From: Nemertoderma westbladi
Taxonomy: Eukaryota; Animalia; Xenacoelomorpha
Assembly: GCA_032718475.1 (NCBI GenBank)
Contig: JAUCBJ010008553.1
Span: 29,319-93,318 of the forward strand
DNA length: 64,000 bases
Reading direction: 5' to 3'
Position numbers and translations under genes: made by a program. This document shows positions 24,401-37,200 of the stretch, in pieces. Below the pieces are notes generated by a model, which saw nothing but the letters and a program-made list of their open reading frames with translations, ran no database searches and was not told where the DNA came from. Within the stretch, counting starts at the first letter, position 1. Every line of letters begins with the position of its first letter.

Positions 24401-25511
24401 CTATTACATTAGTACAGTATAGGCAGTTCGCAGCTATTACAGTAGTACAGTATAGGCAGTTCGCAGCTATTACAGTAGTACAGTATAGGCAGTTCGAAGC
24501 TATTACATTAGTACAGTATAGGCAGTTCGCAGCTATTACAGTAGTACAGTATAGGCAGTTCGCAGCTATTACAGCAGTACAGTATAGGCAGTTCGCAGCT
24601 ATTACAGTAGTACAGTATAGGCAGTTCGAAGCTATTACAGTAAAACAGTATAGGCAGTGCGAAGCTATTACAGTAGTACAGTATAGGCAGTTCGAAGCTA
24701 TTACAGTAGTACAGTATAGGCAGTTCGCAGCTATTACAGTAGTACAGTATAGGCAGTTCGCAGCTATTACAGTAGTACAGTATAGGCAGTTCGAAGCTAT
24801 TACAGTAGTACAGTATAGGCAGTTCGCAGCTATTACAGTAGTACAGTATAGGCAGATCCCAGCTATTACAGTAGTACAGTATAGGCAGTTCGCAGATATT
24901 GCAGTAGTACAGTATAGGCAGTTCGCAGCTATTACAGTAGTACAGTATAGGCAGTTCGAAGCTATTACAGTAGTACAGTATAGGCAGTTCGAAGCTATTA
25001 CATTAGTACAGTATAGGCAGATCGCAGCAATTACAGTAGTACAGTATAGGCAGTTCGCAGCTATTACAGTAGTACAGTATAGGCAGTTCGCAGCTATTAC
25101 AGTAGTACAGTATAGGCAGTTCGCAGCTATTACAGTAGTACAGTATAGGCAGTTCGCAGCTATTACAGTAGTACAGTATAGGCAGTTCGAAGCTATTACA
25201 GTAGTACAGTATAGGCAGTTCGCAGCTATTACAGTAGTACAGTATAGGCAGTTCGCAGCTATTACAGTAGTACAGTATAGGCAGTTCGAAGCTATTACAG
25301 TAGTACAGTATAGGCAGTTCGCAGCTATTACAGTAGTACAGTATAGGCAGTTCGCAGCTATTACAGTAGTACAGTATAGGCAGTTCGCAGCTATTACAGT
25401 AGTACAGTATAGGCAGTTCGCAGCTATTACAGTAGTACAGTATAGGCAGTTCGAAGCTATTACAGTAGTACAGTATAGGCAGTTCGAAGCTATTACATTA
25501 GTACAGTATAG
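18397..25511 (+). repeat. 33-bp satellite (ACAGTATAGGCAGTTCGCAGCTATTACAGTAGT), ~215 copies
   Basis: 7.1-kb homogeneous tandem array with recurrent variants (TTCGAAG, GATCCCAGAT, +A). Confidence 0.98.
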
Positions 25512-26128
25512 ATCTCTAAATCGGGAGTTTGTACTCGGAATTTGTACTGAAAACCAATGAGGAGGACAAGAACACTGCCGGTAACAGGTGACTGTAACTA
25601 CATTTGATTGATGTCTAGTTCAGACTACGGCCCGACGACGGCCTTAATAATTGCGGTGTTGGATGATGAATACTCCAAACCCTGGCCAGAAATTCCAATA
25701 GAAAGCTCTGACTTTGCCTACTGTAGTTCTTGTGGTGAATGTGCGCTACTACTGTCTGCTAAACCGACCTCTCGTTAACATATTGTATCAGACGTGTGGG
25801 GATAACATACGTTTCGGTCTAAGACGTTTCGCCCCAATGATCGAAATATATGATTTGATTGTCGGAATGTTTGTATAAAAAATAAATATGTATAAAAAAA
25901 AATCAGATTTACTGTAGTTTCTACTGTAGAAGCGAAATACCAGTGCAGTACTAATATAGTTACAGTCCTCAAATATTTGATACGGGGGTAATTCATTATT
26001 TTATTTTACTTGTATTATATCTCTAGTACTTACTATATATAAAGTTCTATATCATCCTCATGGGGAAACACAATAAACTAAATATTGATCAGTTCTTCAA
26101 TTTATTAGATCTGAAATTTCTACGTTAG

Positions 26129-26270
26129 TGGTGCAGTGTTGTCAGTAGGAAGTGCTCCAACTACACCAAAAGTCAAGGTCGATCCTTTGCAACCAATTTA
26201 TTGTGAACCTGAATCATCACTAAGCAAAGGTCAACCGACGCTTATTCCTTTTATGGGAGGAAGCTCGTGG
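26129..26270 (+). CDS. Possible coding exon of unknown product
   Basis: Acceptor tttctacgttag|, donor TGG|gttagt; open frame GAVLSVGSAPTTPKVKVDPLQPIYCEPESSLSKGQPTLIPFMGGSSW. No homology recognised. Confidence 0.3.
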
Positions 26271-27024
26271 GTTAGTTGCTACTTTATTGACTCAAGGGTT
26301 ATAGGTGTACTGTATGTACTACGTGCGGGTAAGGTAGTTATTACGTCCTAATCACCCCAAACCTAGTCATACTGTTTATAATAATAATCTGGTAGACCTC
26401 TGAAGCTGTGCTTGTCAATCTTATATATCTTTTCATGATTGTGTGGATGTCACATCAATTTTTCTGTATTACAATTATTTTCCTGACGGTACTGAAATAT
26501 AAAGGGTCTATATGAAAATTGACGCAATTAGAGTTTATGTTAACACAGTCAGACATCACATTACCCACACAAATCAACCAGACATATTTATTATAATATG
26601 ATGGATAATTTGCCACTTAAATATTTCCTGCATATGTGTAGGAGACCTATAGGTAGTTCTACTGTAAAATTTATGATATAACGGTCCAATGGGAGGCATT
26701 CAAAGACTCAGTCGTTCTGTAGTTTTTATGAATTATGCGACATGGCTTTTATATATCGCTTGAATTAATGTGCAGTCATTCGTGGCATGTGACACTGTGT
26801 AGTAGTGGATAACTATACGTTAATATATTTTGAAAACATTTCTCTATATTTTTTATATATTAGTTAATCTTAATTTCTCATTTGCACCCACTCCCCTCAC
26901 ATTAATAATGACTTTTAAAAATTTAGTAGGAAACCTTTGCCCAAAAGTAACGTTTGGATGCAATATGCAACTGCTAATTTTAAATGAAATGAAAGGGATA
27001 GCTCATGTTACGGTTTCATTCCAA

Positions 27025-28445
27025 CTCAACACCTAAACCCATAGAACCTGCAACCCAGCACGCACCTACAACCCAGCACGCACCTACAACCCGGCACCTA
27101 CAACTAATAGCACCTACAACCCAGCACGCACCTACAACCCAGCACATACAACCCAACACTTACAACACAGAACCTACAACCCGGCACCTACAACTAATAG
27201 CACCTACAACCCAGCACCTACAACTCAAAACCTACAACCCATAGAACCTACAACCCAGCACGTACAACCCAACACTTACAACATAGCACCTACAACCCAA
27301 CACTTACAACACAGCACCTACAACCCGGCACCTACAACTAATAGCACCTACAACCCAGCACCTACAACCCAACACCTACAACGTATCACCTACAACTCAA
27401 AACCTACAACCCATAGCACCTACAACCCAGCACGTACAACCGAACACTTACAACACAGCACCTACAACCCAACACTTACAACACAGCACCTATAACCCGG
27501 CACCTACAACTAATAACACCTACAACCCAGCACCTACAACCCAACACCTACAACGTATCACCTACAACTCAAAACCTACAACCCATAGCACCTACAACCC
27601 AGCACGTACAACCCAACACTTACAACATAGCACCTACAACCCAACACTTACAACACAGCACCTACAACCCGGCACCTACAACCCGGCACCTACAGCTAAT
27701 AGCACCTACAACCCAGCACCTACAACGTATCACCTACAACTCAAAACCTACAACCTATAGCACCTACAACCCAGCACGTACAACCCAACACTTACAACAC
27801 AGCACCTACAACCCAACACTTTAAATGCAACACCTACAACCCAACACATACAACCCAGCACCTGCAACCAATAGCACTTGCAATCCAGCACCTAAATCCC
27901 ACCACCTACAACGCAATACCTACAACTCAAAACCTACAACCCATAGAACCTACAACCTAGCACCTACAACCCATAGTACTTACAACCAAGCACCTACAAC
28001 TCGGCACCTACAACCAATACCACCTACAACTCAGCACCTACAACCCAACACCTACAACTGAACAACTACAAATCAAAGCCTACAACCCAACACCTACAAC
28101 CAATAGCACCTACAACCAAACACCTACAAACCATAGCACCTGCAGCCCAGCACCTACAGCCCAACACACACAACCCAGCACCTACAATACAGCACCTACA
28201 AGCCAGCACATACAACACAACACCTACAACTCAAAACCTACAACCCAGCACCTACAACCATCTACCTACGACCCATAGCACTTACAACCCAACACCTACA
28301 ACCTAACGCCTACAACCAAGCACCTACAAACCATAGCACCTACAACCCAGTACACACAACCCAGCACCTACAATCCAGCACCTACAACCCAGCACCGATA
28401 ACCAAGCACCTACAACCCATAGCACCTACAACCTAGCACATCCAC
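27025..28445 (+). repeat. ~14-bp C/A-rich minisatellite (CACCTACAACCCAG)
   Basis: About 100 degenerate copies; a few inverted copies at 28610-28660. Confidence 0.93.
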
Positions 28446-28826
28446 CTAAAACCTCTAATCGGTTTGCTTGTTTCTGAAATTGCTCTAATATATTTGATTA
28501 TGACTTAGGGTTAGGGTTACTTGACACTTATAATTAGGGTTTGTGTTACTCTTGTAACCTGCATGATAAACATTTTGAAAAATTTATTTTTGACCTGTTA
28601 TATGGGTTTAGGGTAGGTGTTTTGGGTTGTAGGTTCTTTGGGTTGTAGGTGTAGGTGCTTATAGATTTTAGTGTAGGGGCTTTGTGTAAATCTTTGTATT
28701 CATACAGTAGCTGTCCGGATGTCTGTAAGTTTTGTGTAGGAATTTGTTAATCTGCATGATATAGTCGATATATGAAATGAATTAATTCAATCGCTTCCTT
28801 ACCTCACCCCCAACAATGTAAGTTAA

Positions 28827-29374
28827 GCATATTGCTATAGTATTTAAAGTATGACGTCATATTGATATAGTGTTCAAAGTATGACGTCATATTGCTATAG
28901 TGTTTAAAGTATGACGTCATATTGATATGGTGTTTAAAGTATGACGTCATATTGCTATAGTGTTTAAAGTATGATGTCATATTGCTATATTGTTTAAAGT
29001 ATGACGTCATATTGCTATATTGTTTAAAGTATGCCGTCATATTGATATGGTGTTTAAAGTATGACGTCATATTGCTATATTGTTTAAAGTATGACGTCAT
29101 ATTGATATAGTGTTTAAAGTATGACGTCATATTGCTATAGTGTTTAAAGTATGACGTCATATTTCATAGTGTTTAAAGTATGACGTCATATTGCTATAGT
29201 GTTTAAAGTATGACGTCATATTGATATAGTGTTTAAAGTATGACGTCATATTGCTATAGTGTTTAAAGTATGACGTCATATTGATATAGTGTTTAAAGTA
29301 TGACGTCATATTGCTATAGTGTTTAAAGTATGACGTCATATTTCTATAGTGTTTAAAGTATGACGTAATATTGC
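28827..29374 (+). repeat. 30-bp tandem repeat carrying the palindrome TATGACGTCATA (CRE core)
   Basis: 18 units of ATTGCTATAGTGTTTAAAGTATGACGTCAT; 15 of them have a perfect TGACGTCA. Confidence 0.95.
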
Positions 29375-29452
29375 AACATGGCATAGTTCCTGTTCCTGTA
29401 TCTTCTGCGAATTATTTAATAATAAGTTGAATTGTATCAATGAGGAGCCGCT

Positions 29453-29755
29453 ATGAACTCTATTGAACTGGTTCGAAAATTCGACCCGAAAGACTCCCTT
29501 GGGCCTGGCAACAGTAACCACCACGTTGCCATGGCAATTAGTAACGCTTCAGTAGCGACTACAGGGGTTTCACGGACAGGGAATATATTGCCGAAGACAA
29601 TGCGTTTACTATTGGCCATGTGGATGGGCGCTATTATTGTGGCGTGTTTAGTTGGACTGATATACATCATCACTCACGCTGCCACCTTCAACCCAGATCA
29701 TCACCCCCATTCCGCACACCCTAATATCACCTTGGAAACTACGCAGACACCATAG
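29453..29755 (+). CDS. Putative 100-aa single-pass membrane protein (or terminal exon)
   Basis: Non-repetitive ORF, more GC-rich than its flanks, with a ~22-aa hydrophobic stretch LLLAMWMGAIIVACLVGLIYII after basic residues and a downstream NIT sequon. Confidence 0.45.
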   Translation: MNSIELVRKFDPKDSLGPGNSNHHVAMAISNASVATTGVSRTGNILPKTMRLLLAMWMGAIIVACLVGLIYIITHAATFNPDHHPHSAHPNITLETTQTP

Positions 29756-30249
29756 AAATTGTTGTTTGTATGTTGTGCTGACCCTAGCAATAATGGCGTG
29801 TAATAGGACCACAATAGATTCGATTAACAGAAATGAGATGAGTGACAATAATTGTGATATCTGAATTTTTGTTTAAAACTTTAATTACGTAATGGTATTA
29901 AAAATGAAACAAAATACAGTTATAGGCTACTAATATATTGCTAATAACTAGTTTTGTATATTTGTGTAACCAACGAGTGCAGCGAGTGAGTTATGCATAA
30001 ATATACGAGGGTATTTATCGCCGAATACATACAGTGATGGACGTAATTTTGTTACATTATGGCAACTTATTGGAGGTTCTAAACTTTTAATGAATTCATA
30101 TCGATTTATGCAACTAATTGTAGATATCATTGACAACAACTGTAGCCGAACAGTAAACATTCGTTCAAACACTTATATTATCATTTTCAATACTGTACGT
30201 CATATTGATTCCACCCCACCCCCCCCCCCCCCCCCCCCCCCCCATATAA

Positions 30250-30652
30250 AATGCTCTGGGGTGGTGGTTATATTGCTGCACCAAAATTACATGTAGAGCA
30301 AGTCCATAAAATCTGAAAGTTACATTTTTCGGCTAATTGTTTCTCAATATAGGTTGTCTGGGGCGCAAAATCCATTGGAAAATATTAAAAAATGATCTAA
30401 ATAATATAAATGGCTGTTTTAGTCCTTTGCGTAAACAAAATATAAAAAAAACAAGTAACCAGCACTTTTCAGTTTCAACACAAAATTTTTAATTCACTTA
30501 TACGATGCTATAAATTCACATGTTCAGGTTTTATAGGGCACTGATTCTAATGGAATACATTTCTAATATGCCAGATCATTGCTAATCGTATTTTTCGGCG
30601 TAATATTGTAATTTCTGGTGCTAGCACCAAATTTTGTACCCATCACCAAAAA
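30250..30652 (-). mobile_element. Internal fragment of the family B piggyBac-type element
   Basis: Reverse-complement match to ~48790-49190. Confidence 0.75.
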
Positions 30653-31205
30653 CTTTGAGATGTCCAGTCATGAATTTCATGAATAAACGGACATATGGGC
30701 TCATAAAAAACCTTCGCAGATAACCTTTTTAATGTTTGGATCTCATGCCTAATATCCTAAAGTATCTGAAATGAGAAATTGGAAGCAAATTCCGTTATGT
30801 GTGGGCTCATACTTGCAAGTTGAAATTGACTGAACATTTTTTTACATTTTCCAAAATCTCTGTGCGAATTTTACCTACAATTAAGGGCAAAATACCGTCA
30901 TTATAAATAACATTAATCCTAGTCTGTCTAATTGCCTGTGTGAGTGATGGTTCAACCTCGGTTGTACTTAAGAAATAATTAAATAGTGATTTCCTAGAAA
31001 GCAATAAACTTCGTTTGAAAAAATAACAAAACGCTATTGCGAATTTCGTAATAAATAGCTTTTAAACTACTCAACATGTGACATTCAAATTTTAAATTCT
31101 CTTCCTCTAACCGCTGGGCAATACACAAATATTTTCCGTTTGTGGCAACATGATATATAAGTCGAGATATTTGCGTTACGGAATTACAATTTTCAAGCTC
31201 TGCTT

Positions 31206-34200
31206 GACGTTTGTGTTGGTGTAGACTGCTACACTGCGAGACGTTAGTGTTGGTGTAGACTGGTACCGGTACACAGCAAGACTTTAGTGTTGGTGTAGAT
31301 TGGTACACAGGGACTTATTAGTGTTGGTGTAGATTGTTACACAGGGAGTTGTTAGTGTTGGTGTAGACTGGTACACTGCGAGACGTTAGTGTTGGTGTAG
31401 ACTGGTACACTGCGAGACGTTAGTGTTGGTGTAGACTGGTACATAGCGAGACATCAATGTTGGTGAAGACTGGTAAACTGCGAGACGTTAGTGTTGGTGT
31501 AGACTGGTACACTGCGAGACGTTTGTGTTGGTGTAGACTGGTACACAGCGAGACATCAATGTTGGTGTAGACTGGTAAACTGCGAGACGTTAGTGTTTGT
31601 GTAGACTGGTACAGAGCGAGACATCAGTGTTGGTGTAGACTGGTACACTGAGAGACGTTAGTGTTGGTGTAGACTGGTACACAGCGAGACGTTAGTGTTG
31701 GTGTAGATTGGTACACAGGGAGTTGTTAGTGTTGATGTAGACTAGTACACTGAGAGACGTTATTGTTGGTGTAGATTGTTACACAGGGAGTTGTCAGTGT
31801 TGGTGTAGACTGGTACACTGCGAGACGTTTGTGTTGGTGTAGACTGGTACACTGCGAGACGTTAGTGTTGGTGTAGACTGGTACACTGCGAGACGTTAGT
31901 GTTGGTGTAGACTGGTACAGAGCGAGACATCAGTGTTGGTGTAGACTGGTAAACTGCGAGACGTTAGTGTTGGTGTAGATTGGTACACAGGGAGTTATTA
32001 GTGTTGGTGTAGATTGGTACACAGGGAGTTGTTAGTGTTGGTGTAGATTGGTGCACAGGGAGTTGTTAGTATTGATGTAGACTAGTACACTGAGAGACGT
32101 TAGTGTTGGTGTAGATTGTTACACAGGGAGTTGTTAGTGTTGGTGTAGACTGGTACACTGCGAGACGTTTGCGTTGGTGTAGACTGGTACAATGCGAGAC
32201 GTTAGTGTTGGTGTAGACTGGTACACAGCGAGACATCAATGTTGGTGTAGACTGGTAAACTGCGAGACGTTAGTGTTGGTGTAGACTGGTACGGAGCGAG
32301 ACATCAGTGTTGGTGTAGACTGGTAAACTGCGAGACGTTAGTGTTGGTGTGGACTGGTACACAGCGAGACGTTAGTGTTGGTGTAAATTGGTACACAGGG
32401 AGTTATTAGTGTTGGTGTAGATTGGTACACAGGGAGTTGTTAGTGTTGGTGTAGATTGGTGCACATGGAGTTGTTAGTATTGATGTAGACTAGTACACTG
32501 AGAGACGTTAGTGTTGGTGTAGACTGGTACACTGAGAGACGTTTGTGTTGGTGTAGACTGGTACACTGAGAGACGTTAGTGTTTGTGTAGACTGGTACAC
32601 AGACAGACGTTAGTGTTGGTGTAGACTGGTACACAGATAGACGTTAGTGTTGGTGTAGACTGGTACACCGAGAGACGTTAGTGTTGGTGTAGACTGGTAG
32701 ACAGTGAGAGGTTAGTGTTGGTATAGATTGGTACACAGGGAGTTATTAGTGTTGGTGAAGATTGGTGCATAGGGAGTTGTTAGTGATGGTGTAGACTGGT
32801 GCACAGAGAGACGTTAGTATTGGTGTAGACTGGTACACAGCGAGACGTTAGTATTGGTGTAGATTGGTACTCAGGGAGTTATTAGTGTTGGTGTAGACTG
32901 GTACACAGACAGACGTTAGTGTTGGTGTATACTGGTACACTGAGAGACGTTAGTGTTGGTGTAGACCGGTACACTGAGAGACGTTAGTGTTGGTGTAGAA
33001 TGGTACACTGGGAGACGTTAGTGCTGGTGTAGACTGGTACACTGGGAGGCGTTAGTGTTGGTGTAGACTGGTACACAGCGAGACGTTAGTATTGGTGTAG
33101 ATTGGTACTCAGGGAGTTATTAGTGTTGGTGTAGACTGGTACACAGACAGACGTTAGTGTTGGTGTATACTGGTACACTGAGAGACGTTAGTGTTGGTGT
33201 AGACCGGTACACTGAGAGACGTTAGTGTTGGTGTAGAATGGTACACTGGGAGACGTTAGTGCTGGTGTAGACTGGTACACTGCGAGGCGATAGTGTTGGT
33301 GTAGACTGGTACACTGCGAGGCGTTAGTGTTGGTGTAGACTAGTACACTGCGAGGCGTTAGTGTTGGTGTAGACTAGTACACTGCGAGACGTTAGTGTTG
33401 GTGTAGACTGGTACACTGGGAGGCGTTAGTGTTGGTGTAGACTGGTACACAGCGAGACGTTAGTATTGGTGTAGATTGGTACTCAGGGAGTTATTAGTGT
33501 TGGTGTAGACTGGTACACAGACAGACGTTAGTGTTGGTGTATACTGGTACACTGAGAGACGTTAGTGTTGGTGTAGACCGGTACACTGAGAGACGTTAGT
33601 GTTGGTGTAGAATGGTACACTGGGAGACGTTAGTGCTGGTGTAGACTGGTACACTGGGAGACGTTAGTGCTGGTGTAGACTGGTACACTGCGAGGCGATA
33701 GTGTTGGTGTAGACTAGTACACTGCGAGGCGTTAGTGTTGGTGTAGACTGGTACATAGCGAGACATTAGTATTGGTGTAGATTGGTACTCAGGGAGTTAT
33801 TAGTGTTGGTGTAGACTGGTACACAGACAGACGTTAGTGTTGGTGTAGACTGGTACACTGCAAGGCGATAGTGTTGGTGTAGACTGGTACACTGCGAGGC
33901 GTTAGTGTTGGTGTAGACTGGTACACTGGGAGACGTTAGTACTGGTGTAGAGTGGTACACTGCGAGACGTTAGTGTTGGTGTAGACTGGTACACTGCGAG
34001 GCGTTAGTGTTGGTGTAGACTGGTACACTGCGAGGCGTTAGTGTTGGTGTAGACTGGTACACTGGGAGACGTTAGTACTGGTGTAGAGTGGTACACTGCG
34101 AGACGTTAGTGTTGGTGTAGACTGGTACACTGCGAGGCGATAGTGTTGGTGTAGACTGGTACACTGCGAGGCGTTAGTGTTGGTGTAGACTGGTACACTG

Positions 34201-37200
34201 GGAGACGTTAGTACTGGTGTAGAGTGGTACACTGCGAGACGTTAGTGTTGGTGTAGACTGGTACACTGCGAGGCGTTAGTGTTGGTGTAGACTGGTACAC
34301 TGCGAGGCGATAGTGTTGGTGTAGACTGGTACACTGCGAGGCGTTAGTGTTGGTGTAGACTGGTACACTGAGAGACGTTAGTGTTTGTGTAGACTGGTAC
34401 ACTGCGAGGCGATAGTGTTGGTGTAGACTGGTACACTGAGAGACGTTAGTGTTTGTGTAGACTGGTACACTGCGAGGCGTTAGTGTTGGTGTAGACTGGT
34501 ACACTGCGAGGCGTTAGTGTTGGTGTAGACTGGTACACTACGAGGCGATAGTGTTGGTGTAGACTGGTACACTGAGAGACGTTAGTGTTTGTGTAGACTG
34601 CTACACTGCGAGGCGTTAGTGTTGGTGTAGACTGGTACACTGCGAGGCGATAGTGTTGGTGTAGACTGGTACACTGAGAGTCGTTAGTGTTGGTGTAGAC
34701 TGGTACACTGCGAGGCGTTAATGTTGGTGTAGACTGGTACACTGGGAGACGTTAGTGTTGGTGTAGACTGGTACACTGAGAATCGTTAGTGTTGGTGTAG
34801 ACTGGTACACTGCGAGGCGTTAGTGTTGGTGTAGACTGATACACTGCGAGGCGTTAATGTTGGTGTAGACTGGTACACTGCGAGGCGTTAATGTTGGTGT
34901 AGACTGGTACACTGGGAGAAGTTAGTGTTGGTGTAGACTGGTACACTGAGAGACGTTAGTGTTGGTGTAGACTGGTACACTGCGAGGCGTTAATGTTGGT
35001 GTAGACTGGTACACTGCGAGGCGTTAATGTTGGTGTAGACTGGTACACTGGGAGACGTTAGTGTTGGTGTAGACTGGTACACTGAGAGACGTTAGTGTTT
35101 GTGTAGACTGGTACACTGCGAGGCGTTAGTGTTGGTGTAGACTGGTACACTGCGAGGCGTTAGTGTTGGTGTAGACTGGTACACTGCGAGACGTTAGTGT
35201 TGGTGTAGACTGGTACACTGCGAGGCGTTAATGTTGGTGTAGACTGGTACACTGGGAGACGTTAGTGTTGGTGTAGACTGGTACACTGCGAGGCGTTAAT
35301 GTTGGTGTAGACTGGTACACTGGGAGACGATAGTGTTGGTGTAGACTGGTACACTGAGAATTGTTAGTGTTGATGTAGACTGGTACACTGTGAGTCGTAA
35401 GTGTTGGTGTAGACTGGTTCACTGAGAGACGTTATTGTTGGTGTAGACTGGTACACTGGGAGACTATAGTGTTGATGTAGACTGGTACACTGAGAATCGT
35501 TAGTGTTGATGTAGACTGGTACACTGTGAGTCGTTAGTGTTGGTGTAGACTGGTTCACTGAGAGACGATAGTGTTGGTGTAGACTGGTACACTGCGAGGC
35601 GATAGTGTTGGTGTAGACTGGTACACTGAGAGACGTTAGTGTTTGTGTAGACTGGTACACTGCGAGGCGTTAGCGTTGGTGTAGACTGGTACACTGCGAG
35701 GCGTTAGTGTTGGTGTAGACTGGAACACTGCGAGGCGATAGTGTTGGTGTAGACTGGTACACTGAGAGACGTTAGTGTTTGTGTAGACTGGTACACTGCG
35801 AGGCGTTAGTGTTGGTGTAGACTGGTACACTGCAAGGCGTTAGTGTTGGTGTAGACTAGTACACTGCGAGGCGTTAGTGTTGGTGTAGACTGGTACACTG
35901 GGAGACGATAGTGTTGGTGTAGACTGGTACACTGAGAGACGTTAGTGTTTGTGTAGACTGGTACACTGCGAGGCGATAGTGTTGGTGTAGACTGGTACAC
36001 TGAGAGACGTTAGTGTTTGTGTAGACTGGTACACTGCGAGACGTTAGTGTTTGTGTAGACTGGTACACTGCGAGGCGTTAGTGTTGGTGTAGACTGGTAC
36101 ACTGCGAGGCGTTAGTGTTGGTGTAGACTGGTACACTGCGAGGCGATAGTGTTGGTGTAGACTGGTACACTGAGAGACGTTAGTGTTTGTGTAGACTGGT
36201 ACACTGCGAGGCGTTAGTGTTGGTGTAGACTGGTACACTGCGAGACGTTAGTGTTTGTGTAGACTGGTACACTGCGAGGCGTTAGTGTTTGTGTAGACTG
36301 GTACACTGCGAGACGTTAGTGTTTGTGTAGACTGGTACACTGCGAGGCGATAGTGTTGGTGTAGACTGGTACACTGAGAGACGTTAGTGTTGGTGTAGAC
36401 TGGTACACTGCGAGGCGTTAGTGTTGGTGTAGACTGGTACACTGAGAGACGTTAGTGTTTGTGTAGACTGGTACACTGCGAGGCGATAGTGTTGGTGTAG
36501 ACTGGTACACTGAGAGACGTTAGTGTTTGTGTAGATTGGTACACTGCGAGGCGTTAGTGTTGGTGTAGACTGGTACACTGCGAGGCGTTAGTGTTGGTGT
36601 AGACTGGTACACTGCGAGGCGATAGTGTTGGTGTAGACTGGTACACTGAGAGACGTTAGTGTTGGTGTAGACTGGTACACTGCGAGGCGTTAATGTTGGT
36701 GTAGACTGGTACACTGGGAGACGTTAGTGTTGGTGTAGACTGGTACACTGCGAGGCGTTAATGTTGGTGTAGACTGGTACACTGGGAGACGATAGTGTTG
36801 GTGTAGACTGGTACACTGAGAATTGTTAGTGTTGATGTAGACTGGTACACTGTGAGTCGTAAGTGTTGGTGTAGACTGGTTCACTGAGAGACGTTTTTGT
36901 TGGTGTAGACTGGTACACTGGGAGACTATAGTGTTGATGTAGACTGGTACACTGAGAATCGTTAGTGGTGATGTAGACTGGTACACTGTGAGTCGTTAGT
37001 GTTGGTGTAGACTGGTTCACTGAGAGACGTTAGTGTTGGTGTAGACTGGTACACTAGGAGACGATAGTGTTGGTGTAGACTGGTACACTGAGAGACGTTA
37101 GTGTTTGTGTAGACTGGTACACTGCGAGGCGTTAGTGTTGGTGTAGACTGGTACACTGCGAGGCGTTAGTGTTGGTGTAGACTGGTACACTGCGAGGCGA

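Noticed and set aside
28505-28519. Telomeric TTAGGG repeats
   Set aside because: Only about 2.5 copies, internal.
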